Shown here: piece after piece, positions 11,159 through 22,844 of the stretch
Layout of the letters: the number at the start of each line of letters is the position of its first letter
How positions within the stretch are numbered: the stretch's first letter is position 1
From: Trypanosoma brucei
Taxonomy: Eukaryota
DNA: 64,000 nucleotides
Assembly: GCA_000002445.1 (NCBI GenBank)
Contig: CP000067.1
Span: 32,001 to 96,000, forward strand
Reading direction: 5' to 3'
The notes under the pieces: generated by a model
Database searches by the model: none
The model's input: only the letters and a program-made list of their open reading frames with translations
What the model was told of the DNA's origin: nothing
Position numbers and translations under genes: made by a program

Positions 11159-12933
11159 TCATTTCAACAATACGCAAACCTCAACTGCGGAATCGACTTT
11201 GAATGAGTTGACCTCGTCAGCATGAAACGGAGTCCGCCCAGTGGCATGAACATTAATCTTATCAGTAAACATGTGTTTGAGGTGTTGGTAATAAATGGGG
11301 TCAAAGAAAACATAAGTGCGTATCATCTTCCCCGTTATGCCCGAGTGGAAAATATGCATCATCTCCTTGAAGATAATTGTATCCATGTTGTATCAATTCC
11401 TCATCCAGCTCCTCATCCTTATCGGTACCCAAAGGCATTGCCATCGCCGACTTTTTTCATGAATGCACTCACGCCTTTGAGCTAACAAGTTCCAGCAACT
11501 TTCCATCTGTCATACGGCTCGGGAATCCATGAGAATTTATGATCATATCTGTGCAAATGCCTTTACTCATTGAAGGGCATGTTAATACACCATCAATCAT
11601 GAGACCCACTACTCCCTCAAGCCAGTGCCGTGAGGAAAACTTATTTCAGAGCTCGTGATCGCGAACTTCTCTCGTAGAAACTTTAACTTTATTGTTCTAC
11701 ATTCATTGATATATCCGAGTCACTGGAAGGTGAGAGATGACCACATTTGGTCCACAACAGCAGGCTGAGGGTATTTATTATATTCAAGAAAATTAGGTAT
11801 TGGTTCCTTGAAAGGCACGGGAGTTTATTTGTTTACAAAAATATCAAACTGACGAATAACCGCACCTTTACTACTGGCAATACCATCACTATTAAAGGCA
11901 CTGTGTCTCGCAACATTTCAATCTGTTGGAAGAATTATATCATACTCACCGTTGGGAAGTCTTTCCAGTTCCATCTCATGCTTACAAAAAACAACACACC
12001 ACCCATAGCCACAATTGAGCGAACTGCGGTTGTGTACACCTTTGAGTCTTCAATATTGTAACCTCTATAGCTCATAACGCATACCATCGTATTAATTCCT
12101 GCACCTGATATTTCGTAGTTGCTTAGGTTCATAGCCTTCGTCCAGCAAAGGGATCGTTGAGAGTAAGCACTCAACATAAGTACTGTGTCCATTTCTAATG
12201 TACTGAATATACGCAATGGTTCCAACAGCTTGCTTGCCCATGGCTGACTGTAATGTGTTTTGTGCAAATTGATTGTGATGTGTAAAGGAGAATAATGCTA
12301 GCGACAACTCCAAGTGAGTCTCGTGTACTGCTCAATGTCTCTATGGTGAACTGCTAAAAGATAGTCATTCGCTTCGTCATATAAGTCAATGAATTCCACA
12401 ACAAACCTTCAGCTAAAATATCGTTAATCGATCACTTGCTTGAACTCAAGTTATCCAGATGTTAAGAAATTACAGCGTGTTTCCCATCGCCAACGACAAC
12501 ATACAATCTCACGATCCTTCCGCCAACACAAACAATTTGAACACTATTCTGACGGTCATTTATCACAATAGAAACATGTGGATGCAAGTGGCCTGACCTC
12601 CTCAGGGTTCGTAATACATCCCGACACAAACGGCTCATGTACCGGTAAACGCACATCAGCACTTCATTGGGGAAAACTGTGTAGTATTTAAGAAATTCGT
12701 TGTGGCTGATATAATCTATTTCCTCCACTTCAATATTGTACGCATCCGCGTGTAAAAAAAAACGAATTATCCATGTCGAGTGTTACCTGACTAAGAATAG
12801 CAAAATTATTAACCAAACAGCAACAACTTTCACCCTCTGGGGTATCGCAAGGAGGGACATACACCATTCCCCCATTGACTTGAATAGAGAAATAAGTTCG
12901 CACATGTGGGTCAATACACGAGGTCATGACCAC
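11159..12933 (-). pseudogene. Possible calcineurin-like metallophosphoesterase gene remnant, broken across several frames.
   Basis: Co-linear minus-strand ORF pieces carry motifs in the canonical order: IDPH, LDMDNS, ISHNE (GNHE-like) and SGHLHPH (GHxH-like). One frameshift falls inside an A9 homopolymer at 12763-12771. Further frame breaks follow downstream. Weak, motif-level evidence only. Confidence 0.25.
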
Positions 12934-14047
12934 TCCACTGCTGCCGTTACATATGATTACTGCATGGTTTTCGTATCAATGTTGATGATGATATGGGATT
13001 TGCTGCTGGAGGCAACCAACAACATAAGTTTAAGGTTCCCACGTGTGGAGAGAGGCCCAACTGCCAACCCTCAACCAGGAGAACAGAAGTGATTATAAGG
13101 AAAGAGAAGACAACATATCATAGCATGTTTACCCACCGACAAATAATTGAAGAAAGAAAGAGAGAGGAAAATGGACACAATCAGGTCACCAGCTGCGTGT
13201 CTGCGAAGAACACCATCAAGAGCTGCTCCATAACTCTAATCATAACTAACATGTATAATATAATTATAACAGCTCGTATATAAAAGAGCACATCCAGTAA
13301 CTGCTTCTAATGTTTGCATATTTCACTCCGTCACAATTTTTCTCCCATGACACCTACTGGAAATACAACTCAGAGGAGTTATAGTTGAGGCATGTTTCCA
13401 ATGCGCCCTCTCTACCACGGATGGCGAAGAAGCAAAAAGTACTATTACATTTTTGTTCCTTTTATCATTGGCCTATAGATTCCTATCTCTACACGGATGT
13501 AAAATTTAAATTGTATAAATGAAAAGAAGATGTGAAGAGTTAGTTTAGTATAATCCAATTCTTTAGTTAGTAACAGCACAAATGAAAACAAAACGTTACA
13601 ATGTTTTCTTACGCCCGTTGATAACATTATATCTGTCTTTCTTTGTGCCCCTTAAGATTACGATGTGGCTTAACTCCAGTTATGCGTTAGCCTATAAAAT
13701 ACTGCACTCCTTCTACTTCCTTCACTACGTTGTCGTCTCGCCACGTTTCCTTGGAACCTTCATTACATTCATACCATGGCGTCCTTGCTGCACCCGAAAA
13801 AAAAAAGCAGCCACACCTCCTTGCCCGCTGTGAGGTTACTGAATATACTTCGGACGTCACTGATTATGTGCACCTCTGTGCTACTCTTGTTTTGACAGCA
13901 GTCCGCTGAACTTGGTTTCCTTTCAGACTGCCGCACCCCAAGCGCTGCCCACTGCTGAGGAAATTGAACCGCATGTATTCACCGTGGTCGTACCTGCATT
14001 TGTTGCGTGTCAAACAACAGCGACTGGCCTTACTCCAGCTATTGGGT

Positions 14048-16410
14048 TCACCTTCGCTTTGCTTTCATCGCTCGCCTCCCCTGTGCCTTTTCTGCCTCCT
14101 GAAGATCTACCATCAGATGAGCATTCATTTCGTCCCCAAACGTTACTTGGAATTGTTCAATCATTTCCCAAAATGTTTGAAGTTGTTTCGCCTTCCTGGC
14201 AGGGATAACTTTGTCGTCGTTCGCCTCACATTTTTGCCAATTGGTAATCACACCGCCATTAACTCCATTCATGTATATCATCTCCCAAGCCATGTTACCC
14301 GAAAACGTGTTCCAGTCCGAAAAATATCCTTTAATTCTCTCCGTGAACGCATTCAACTTTGTCGCAGTGGTGGAGTGACAGTCCGACTTGGTCACGTGTA
14401 AAAGGACAAGTGTCTTTGGTTTTGGCGTTTTTTTCGCTTGCCTTCCAGGTGACATCGTGAAGCGCCCCTCAACGAAAAAAAAGCCATCCACCAAGGGTTC
14501 ATAGGCTGTGGCGGGAGTGTAGAGCACCATGTATTCGCAGCGTTCAATTGGGTTCTGCCTGGCTGCTGGTAAGACTTCCCATCCAGTGAGGCACAACTGC
14601 TGAGGAGTCATGCTACTCAGTATACTTTGTGTTCCCCTCAGCTTCTCAGGCGGATGGAGGTGTCTCAAGTTCTTTGCCATCATCTCGAGAACTCGAGGAT
14701 TGAGCACCGCAAACAACGCATGGCTTTCAAATGAAATGAAAGCGGCACTTCTGTTTCTCATCATGAGCTGGGACTCTGCTACTTTTCGCGCAGTAAAGCC
14801 AAGCACCGCCCAAAGTAGCAAGGTCCTTATGTGCCCGGAAAGCTCTTTGCTGCGATATGAATCTCCGGAAACTCCATTTCCACGCGAACGGACTATCTGT
14901 ACCATCTGGTACGACACCTTTTCAGTTTGCCAGTTCATTGATGACCTAAAAAGATCCTCGCAGCCATTTTTATCATTAGCATCGAGGCCTCTTATTTTTT
15001 TTGCCACCGCCTCCATTCGCCCTCCGTGCCCCACAGCGTCGTAAACGGCACGAGGCACCGGGCCGGCCACTGCAATACGCTGCTTTACAGTTTCCCATTC
15101 GTCCTCAAGATCTCCTTTTAACTTTTCTTTTGCTGTGTTGGATACCTTTTTACCTAATGCTACTGATAAATTCTTCCATGCCACAAATGCCTTCATGTCA
15201 CCCACATCATCGTAGTTTATAATAATATGGCGGCTTCCCATGTCCTTTTCCCACTCCTCATAATGTGCCGTATCCGGGGAAGTGAGGACAGTTATACCCC
15301 AACCCAAATGGCACAGCTCATCAGGCGGTATAAGTAGTTCGTTACCGATGTCGACAATGATGTGACCTCTTTTTTTTCTTATTGTTTTTATGAAGGTAAC
15401 GGCGGAATCGGTGCTTCTGTCTTCCTCAACCCTCCCCTCTTCTCCGGGTTTCTTGTTATGTATTAGGTAAGCGATTTTTCCCACGAAATATGCAACAACA
15501 TCAAGCATTCCTTCATTGAAGTGAAGCAGTGAATGAAGCAAAAATGATCCAAGGCCACATGTTTTACCAATACCAGGTGTACCAATAACAATATGTATCG
15601 GTGGTCTCTGTGCTTTTTCCACCCACCTTCCTTGCAGCCCTCGTTGAATTATATACCACACGCGCATAATTTCACGACGGATGTATACATGTTTAAGTTT
15701 TTCCCCGCACCTCTCAGTGTGGCCCAATGCAAACCTGTTGTATGGCCAACCTTTCTCCGAAGTGAGAACAAAAATCTCCAAACCATCAGGCCTCTCCTCA
15801 ATATCTGCATCGACATTCGTAGGATCAGGAGTTACATCCACCTCCTCCTTCGTCCACATGCGCGGTGGTCTTCCATCAAACACTTTCATTCCAAGTGGCT
15901 CCGCATCATAACCCGACATCACATAACTCCATTTTGCATTATAAATGGAATCGTATAATTTCTCTTTGAGAGACTTGCCCTCTCCGGTTTCTGATGGGTT
16001 CTCGTTTTTCCGCTCTCTTGGCGGCTATCACTGCAGCATCCAACATTCCCCTCGCCACGGGACCAACAAATTCCCTTATTTGCGCTGTTGCCCTCTCTTC
16101 CCATTGCTGTATGTCGCTAATCTCATTACGAGGCAGATAAATAACTGCCCTCAGTAATTGAAACTCCTCAAGCCGCTGTATTCTTCCTAGAATCCTGGCA
16201 TCTAAAATAAATCTTTTGTGATTCTTAACAAGCAAAAACATGGCTACATTCTGTGTGTCATACGTGTTTGAGAAGTATTGATCCAAAAAGTCATGCAGTT
16301 TTATTTCATCCAAACTCGCATAATCTTCCAGCAGCACATTCGCAATAGAGCTGTTAATTGACCAAGTTGACCCTTTTTCGCCTCCACGCAGTCAATTCAA
16401 AAAATATATT
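14048..16410 (-). pseudogene. RHS: Near full-length RHS pseudogene of the same subfamily as the tandem-array genes. It has N-terminal, P-loop and C-terminal domains, one frameshift, and no initiation codon.
   Basis: ORF 15939-16337 (N-terminal domain, GTG-'started' in the track) and ORF 14048-15922 (VIGTPGIGKTCG through the C-terminal FFFV..WEMIY) are separated by a single -1/+1 shift at the T5 run 16005-16009. The codon at the Met position is ATT (16356-16358), and there is a TGA just upstream. Confidence 0.8.
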
Positions 16411-17435
16411 GCCGCATGCAACCTATTACTATGGAAACGCCTTATTGAATTCCACACTTCTGAAAACTTGCCCCCTGATTCTTCACAAGCTTGCGATAAA
16501 AGCATAAACAAAAATAGAATCAGAAACAGAGACAGAGACAGTTTACACTGTAGGAAAGGACATCACAGTGAGTCACTCATTCTAGGAAGATAATCACAAA
16601 AGCGAACACCAACAAAAAGACAGCTCAGCGCCATAAAGCAGAACCTACTTACTACTAATAAGGAGTTGTGCCCCTTCCCTGCCAGTAAAGACACAACATT
16701 CCCCAACAAACACAGTGGAAGATCACAAGACTTATGACCCCTCCATACTAACCTAAACAAGACATCGTGAATCACAATTGCATGCAATGCGCTAAGAACC
16801 CAAAACGGTTCCACACATTTGCCTCTGAAGATCCCTACTCAATCGCACCCCTACGCGGGAATCAATATTCTGCCTGTCACAAAATAACACAGCGGACGGC
16901 AGAGGGAAAGGGGGAAAATAAAGAAAGCCACCACAACACATAAGGATTTTAATGGGAACTTAAAGGAAACCTTCTAGATGAGAATGCTAACACCCATACC
17001 ACAACAGTGCTCACAATCCTCTTGTATATCAGTGTTTAATTAGTTTTTCACAAAATGATTTGATAATCGTAACGATTCAAGGAATAAAAAAATGTAAATG
17101 ATAAGACACGACGCAACAAGCTGCCACATTGCCATTAATGGATGTATGTAATACCATTGTTACTATCCATTTCATTGTGACAACACACGCAAAATACAAT
17201 CGATACCACGGATTTCGTACGCCTTCCGTCGTGCGGTGAATCGCAGAGTGGATGTAAACAGTTGCGAAAGGATTACACCAACGCAACCGTAAGTTCGTTA
17301 CGCTACCAGGAGCCTGTCCAGGATATACGATGAGTGAACTTCATTACTCCAACACAAAATGTGACGCCTCCTCTTGCCCTTTCATTCGTTCTTCACAGTG
17401 CTTACTTAATTGTTGGCTTGCTCGAGGTTCGCCAA

Positions 17436-19463
17436 TTACCTTCGGCCCGCAGCAGCCACCGCAAGCATTTTGATAACTATGTTATCCTCATACTGCACAT
17501 GGTACTGCTGCACATTGTTCTTCCAGAATCCCTTCACAAACTGGTGACTGCGGTGCTTTGCCTTACCCTGTGTAATTTCACACTTCTGCTCAGACCTCAT
17601 CGCTGTGGATTCGAAGTGCTGAACGTAAATGATTTCCCAGTGAAACATCTCAGTAATTTCCTCCAACTGCTCAACGGTAGCCTCATTCTGGTGACCCCCT
17701 CCCTCCGCACTTGGCAAGAGGGATTGTAACAAATGAATGAATTCGTCGGTTTTTGTGTCATGTCTGCTGGCAACAGTAAACTGCAACAACACAATAGTTT
17801 TCTTTCCTGTGGTTCCTGAAGCCTGTGCAGCCTCCTTGTCATCAACAATAAAGAATGCATCCGCTACGGGGTAGTTGGGAATGCACGGCACATATAATTC
17901 CACCGGAGCCCCCTCCGACTCAGCCCAGTTGATGTCACCTGGCACTGTGTTTGTTCGACCAACTTTGAGGAGGTCATCCCTTACGTGTTGCAAAATGCTT
18001 TTGCGTGTCCTCATGCGTCTGGCCCTTTCATTTGCTGGAAGTTTCGTTATTAAACTTACGAAGCAAGTTAACACTCTGGGGGAACACAAATATTTAATTG
18101 CATTCTCCTCAAAATAAAGCCCGATGGCAGATGCATTCCGCATCATACCAGTTGTCAGTGCCCACTCCTCAGCAATGCCGGAAAACACTACATTCAAAAT
18201 TCTTTTCTTTATAGATTCAGAATGCGCCACGCAGACATACGTGTCAAAGGAGTTTCCTTCTCGAGCTTTGATACGAACGATCTTCACGAGCTTATGTGAT
18301 GCATCATTGTCCCTCCATTCCCCACAGTTGTCCAGTACCTTAGTATATATTCCGTACTTGTTACCTGCTACGATACTCCCCAATTCCCCGTCCACTGCAG
18401 TAAGCTCCTGTCCATACATTACTTCGTCAAACACATAACGAAGTGAAGGTCCGACACGCTCCACACGGTTCTCATACATGTTCCACTTTTCCCTCAACTC
18501 AACATGCGTGGCTTGAGGAAACAGCTTGAGTCCCATACGTGAGAAGAAAGCCCGCATTTCACTCATTTCCCAGCAGTTAACAACAATAAAAGCGCCTTTA
18601 CGTTGCTTTTGCCAGCTGTCAAAATTTCTCAAATTGGGTGAACTGATCAAAATGCTTCCCCATTTTGGAGCCACATCTGCCGGTGGCTGCTCGCCTTTGT
18701 TGACGAAGTCATAAATAATATAACCACGTGTATTAGATGATATAACCTTCATAAACGTTATAGCCGCTTCTTTACTGTACTCCCTAACTCTGCCAACGCC
18801 ACCATTATCCGATTTTTCAAATATATATGCGGCTACACCACGGAAATACGCAACAACAGGCAACTCTTCCGCATCATAATGCAATAACTTGTAGAGGATA
18901 AAAGAACCCAAATTCTGAGATTTGCCAATCCCAGGATTACCAATGGCAACGTATGATCGTGGTAAATAAAGACATCCCGGTATAACACGCTGGGTACGCC
19001 ATAATTCAATTCCACTCCTTACAACATTCCATACGCGGAGCTCCTCTCTGCGAATGAATATGTCACTGTTACTTCCCCGGGCAAAGCCTGTATATGGCCA
19101 ACCCATTTCTGAGGTAAGAACCAACAGCTCAACTCCTTCCGTGCGTTCCGGCTTCTGTTCAAGAGTTTCCTCAATTTTGGGGACAACATTAAGTTCCTCA
19201 TCTTTCCACATCAAACCTTCATTGGGCATTCCATCAACCAACGTCATTCCCAATGGTTGAGTTCCATCGTCGATAATAATATAACTCCATTTCGCATTAT
19301 AGGTGGAATCGTATAATTTCTCTTCGAGAGACTTGCCCTCTCCGGTTTCTGATGGGTTCTCGTTTTCTCGGCTGGCTTGTCTCTTCATTGGGCGGTACGC
19401 ACCATTCAACCATCCATTTAAAACATTCCGAGTATCTCCCACACTACCGCCGTTCTGATTCAT
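17436..19463 (-). CDS. RHS: RHS family protein, 675 aa. N-terminal-domain-less form with P-loop NPGIGKS.
   Basis: ATG at 19461-19463. The first ~50 codons and the upstream 440 bp are identical to gene 2907-4946, while the body is diverged. The C-terminal motif PVADAFFIVD..WEIIYVQ is present. Confidence 0.85.
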   Translation of the reverse strand: MNQNGGSVGDTRNVLNGWLNGAYRPMKRQASRENENPSETGEGKSLEEKLYDSTYNAKWSYIIIDDGTQPLGMTLVDGMPNEGLMWKDEELNVVPKIEETLEQKPERTEGVELLVLTSEMGWPYTGFARGSNSDIFIRREELRVWNVVRSGIELWRTQRVIPGCLYLPRSYVAIGNPGIGKSQNLGSFILYKLLHYDAEELPVVAYFRGVAAYIFEKSDNGGVGRVREYSKEAAITFMKVISSNTRGYIIYDFVNKGEQPPADVAPKWGSILISSPNLRNFDSWQKQRKGAFIVVNCWEMSEMRAFFSRMGLKLFPQATHVELREKWNMYENRVERVGPSLRYVFDEVMYGQELTAVDGELGSIVAGNKYGIYTKVLDNCGEWRDNDASHKLVKIVRIKAREGNSFDTYVCVAHSESIKKRILNVVFSGIAEEWALTTGMMRNASAIGLYFEENAIKYLCSPRVLTCFVSLITKLPANERARRMRTRKSILQHVRDDLLKVGRTNTVPGDINWAESEGAPVELYVPCIPNYPVADAFFIVDDKEAAQASGTTGKKTIVLLQFTVASRHDTKTDEFIHLLQSLLPSAEGGGHQNEATVEQLEEITEMFHWEIIYVQHFESTAMRSEQKCEITQGKAKHRSHQFVKGFWKNNVQQYHVQYEDNIVIKMLAVAAAGRR

Positions 19464-19907
19464 TTCACTGTCCGAATAATAATCTTAATTGAGTGTGTTG
19501 TGTTATTTCCTTTCTTTGTAACATAAATTAAAAAAGAGATTAAAAATAGGGGAATATAAAAAGATACACTTCTAAACCAAATTACAATCAATGAATATTA
19601 GGAATTAATATGGAAGATGAAAACTATTTATTGAAATTAGGATTCAATACAAATCTTATCATGTGTTGGGGTGTCACAGCAACTTAAGCACAAATAAGGT
19701 ATGACAGTATGAATAAACATTTCTGTTGGGAGTAAAACTCAAACAACAATTCCCAGTTACTGCACACAATCATTTCAGAAAAAATAATATACTTACATAT
19801 ATATGGGTATGGAAAAGCAAAAAAAATAAATAAATGTGGCATTGCCATGAAAAACAGCATATAATAGCTTTACTGATAAGCTATGCAAAACGTAGAATAC
19901 TCGGTTA
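19464..19907 (-). repeat. Conserved RHS 5' flank module, copy C (~99% identical to copy A).
   Basis: Direct comparison with 4947-5390. Confidence 0.8.
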
Positions 19908-22844
19908 AAGGTATTCATGCGCATGGTGAAGGATCTTTACATTAAGAAATAATACAAACAACTATCAGAACTTGCGCATAATCTCACATGAGCCGTCACT
20001 CGGAATGACGTTTCCATTACTTATTAACTTTGCAACAACAATTTTAATACATACTCTCACACTCCTAATCAGTACACAGTGTGCAAATGAAAGTACGAGA
20101 TATCAAAACATATACAATAATAATCGCCGTAAAAAGTAAAACCAATGAAAATAAAATCTTATACATCAAAGAGGAACCTCTCTCACCTGACGAACAAATG
20201 CTGCTCACTTTCTTTATTCTTTAAGTGATCCTGTGTTTTTTTTCTTGCGGCCATGGAACCATGAATACAAAGAACATATGAAGGCATGAAAGGTATTTGT
20301 TTTTGTTTTGGTATTGGAGCACCTTGCCATGCGTCTGATCTTGTGCCTTGGTGAAACTCAAAAGAAACGAAAGGCTCACGGAAGGGAACAAATATATTTG
20401 TGGGAATAACAATCCAATATTAGGCCTCTTTTAAGGAGTGTGCTGAGTGGAATAATGGTGAAAAAGAAGTATTGAAAATGTATGCTATATGGACAAATGC
20501 CTTACAATGTTTTCTCTCTATCTGAAACATATGGAATATATGGAATATATAAGGAACAAGAAACATAGGGAATATATGAAGAATAAGGAAATATATGATA
20601 TATTCTGAAGTGCCGGATGTGCTTGTGCGTGTCTTCGTATGTGTTCTCTGCTTTATATATCACTAAATATTTTACACATTTCATTTTACTTTGCGTATGC
20701 TAATAGCTTGTTTTTCCTTGCATCAATTCATGGAAATATCTATTAGAGAAATAATAATTTACTTTTTCTCTTCCTTTCCCGCTAATGTTTCACCGCCTAT
20801 TTTCATTCCTTATAAATACTGTAAATTTCTTTTGTTACTGTAACTATTTCCAAAAAAAATGTAATGGAGACACTTTAAGCATTACATATCATAATATCTC
20901 TAAACTCCTTCTATGTTATGTTAAGTTACAAATATTTTCATTCCCATTAATTTTATTCAGCAGAACATACAAAACACCCTCAAAAGTCCTTCCTTCCTTT
21001 CTTTTTCTTCAACATCATAATATACCTTGTGGAATATACAAATATATAATAACCATAAATGTGTTATATATCTTCACAACATCAGAAGCTATACAACAGA
21101 ATTGTGTTCCTCAAGAAGCAGTGGTTGTGTTTCCTTTTACTTTCTCTCAGAGTCAAACTAATTAATTAATTACTAATAACATCCTCCAAAGATATTGCTT
21201 CTATTTTCTTGGATCACTCAGCAGCGTAACACCGGAGTATTGAAATAAAGAGTCACAGTTCAAAGAAAATAAAACAGTAAAAAAAATAAACAGAGGCTCG
21301 CACCTTCACAATTGGTTGCATTTGGATATATCAAACGCATTTATACACTTGCATTCCTTGTGTTTCTTTTTTGGGGGAGGGTAAATGCAAAATGCAAAAT
21401 GTATCAAGTTGACGAGTAGAAGAAATACAACACTTGATATAATTTCACTTACATATAAGCTTTCGTTTCCCACTTTATTCTAATTCATAATATTTAGATA
21501 GCAATGTAATGGAGCATTCAGCCATAAACATTTTAACCATAAATATAGTAACTAATGTGTGAATGGTAACCCATGGTGATACATTCCATATGGAACAATA
21601 CCACATTGTTAAATATACGCATGGAATTAAAACTATAGCACTAAATTGAAAATGAAAAATTAGAAGAGAGAAAGATATGAATTATCAAAAGAGGCATATT
21701 CTTCACTAACATGCACTTGTTTCAATACAATCATAATTTCAAATTACTTTAAATGATAAGTGGCCCAATGTCCTGAAACGACACAATAACAATGATTTCA
21801 TTATAACAACTGTAAAATAATGATATGCAATAAAGTAAATAATATAAATAAATAAAAATACAGCAAGCACTGCAGAATATATTTTACTGCTATAACCATT
21901 TGCAAACAAATGAATAGCTTTGCTCATTGGAAGAAAATAATTAAATTCAAACTTCCTATGATTCTGCCAGTGTTGGTGAGCTACGTGTGGGACTCAAAAA
22001 AAACAAAAGTTTATTTTAAATAAATATAAAGAAAAGAAAAACTTCTCATGAAACCATAAGGGTACCCCTGTGAGTTATGTGCTGCTGTAAAACATAGTTA
22101 ACTTCACAACCCTCAAGAAAGAAAGAAATAATAAAAGTAAAATGTAAACAAAAATAAAGTTAAGATATATAATACACTTATGCTTAACTAAATGTAACGT
22201 GTCATACGTAAAGGTGATAAAATAATAATCACAATGTAATGTTATCAATGCTTTCCTTCGCAAACGAAAACTGTCACATCTCAATGTGTTCTTCCAAATT
22301 AATATAAAGGAACCAGCTGTGTTTGTATAATATTCTACAATGTCATTTGGCATTGTCCAATGCTCACTCAAAAAACTCCTTCGTTTTGTTGCGATGTAGC
22401 TGTTGACAGTGTTGTGCTCTTTTTCTTTTTTATTTTTTAACATACAACTATGGGTTTCCGTAATCCTCTCAATATTGCTGCAGTTCCCATCATTAAAAAA
22501 AAAACAAAAGAAATCCATCAAAATAGCGTAACTGGAGTATAAGATGTTGTAGAGAACAATGTATTTATTTTGAGTAATGGAACTCTGTGAGGTCGAAGAC
22601 AATAATCCGAAACGATTGAACCGAAACTTTCATTGCCCCATGCCTGTAAAATAATAATTTAATTGCTCAACGCATATTCTCATCCTGCAGTAAGTAGTTC
22701 AAACAATTTCGTACACACATGAAACACTGGAAGGAAAAGAAAACATATACATTGCATAAACCTTTACTAAATGAAAATACTATTTTTGGTATCGAGTTCA
22801 CCATGTGTTACAGAGCCACATTTCACTAACATGCTAAAGCATAA

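Noticed and set aside
20520-20600. Degenerate ggaatatat-type short repeats in each spacer as a minisatellite of interest
   Set aside because: They are imperfect, very short and embedded in generally AT-rich low-complexity DNA. Nothing distinguishes them from background.
22075-22602. 175-aa ORF in the spacer downstream of array copy 1
   Set aside because: The same sequence in other units is split into 69- and 102-aa pieces by indels. It is AT-rich and low-complexity, so it is not a conserved CDS.
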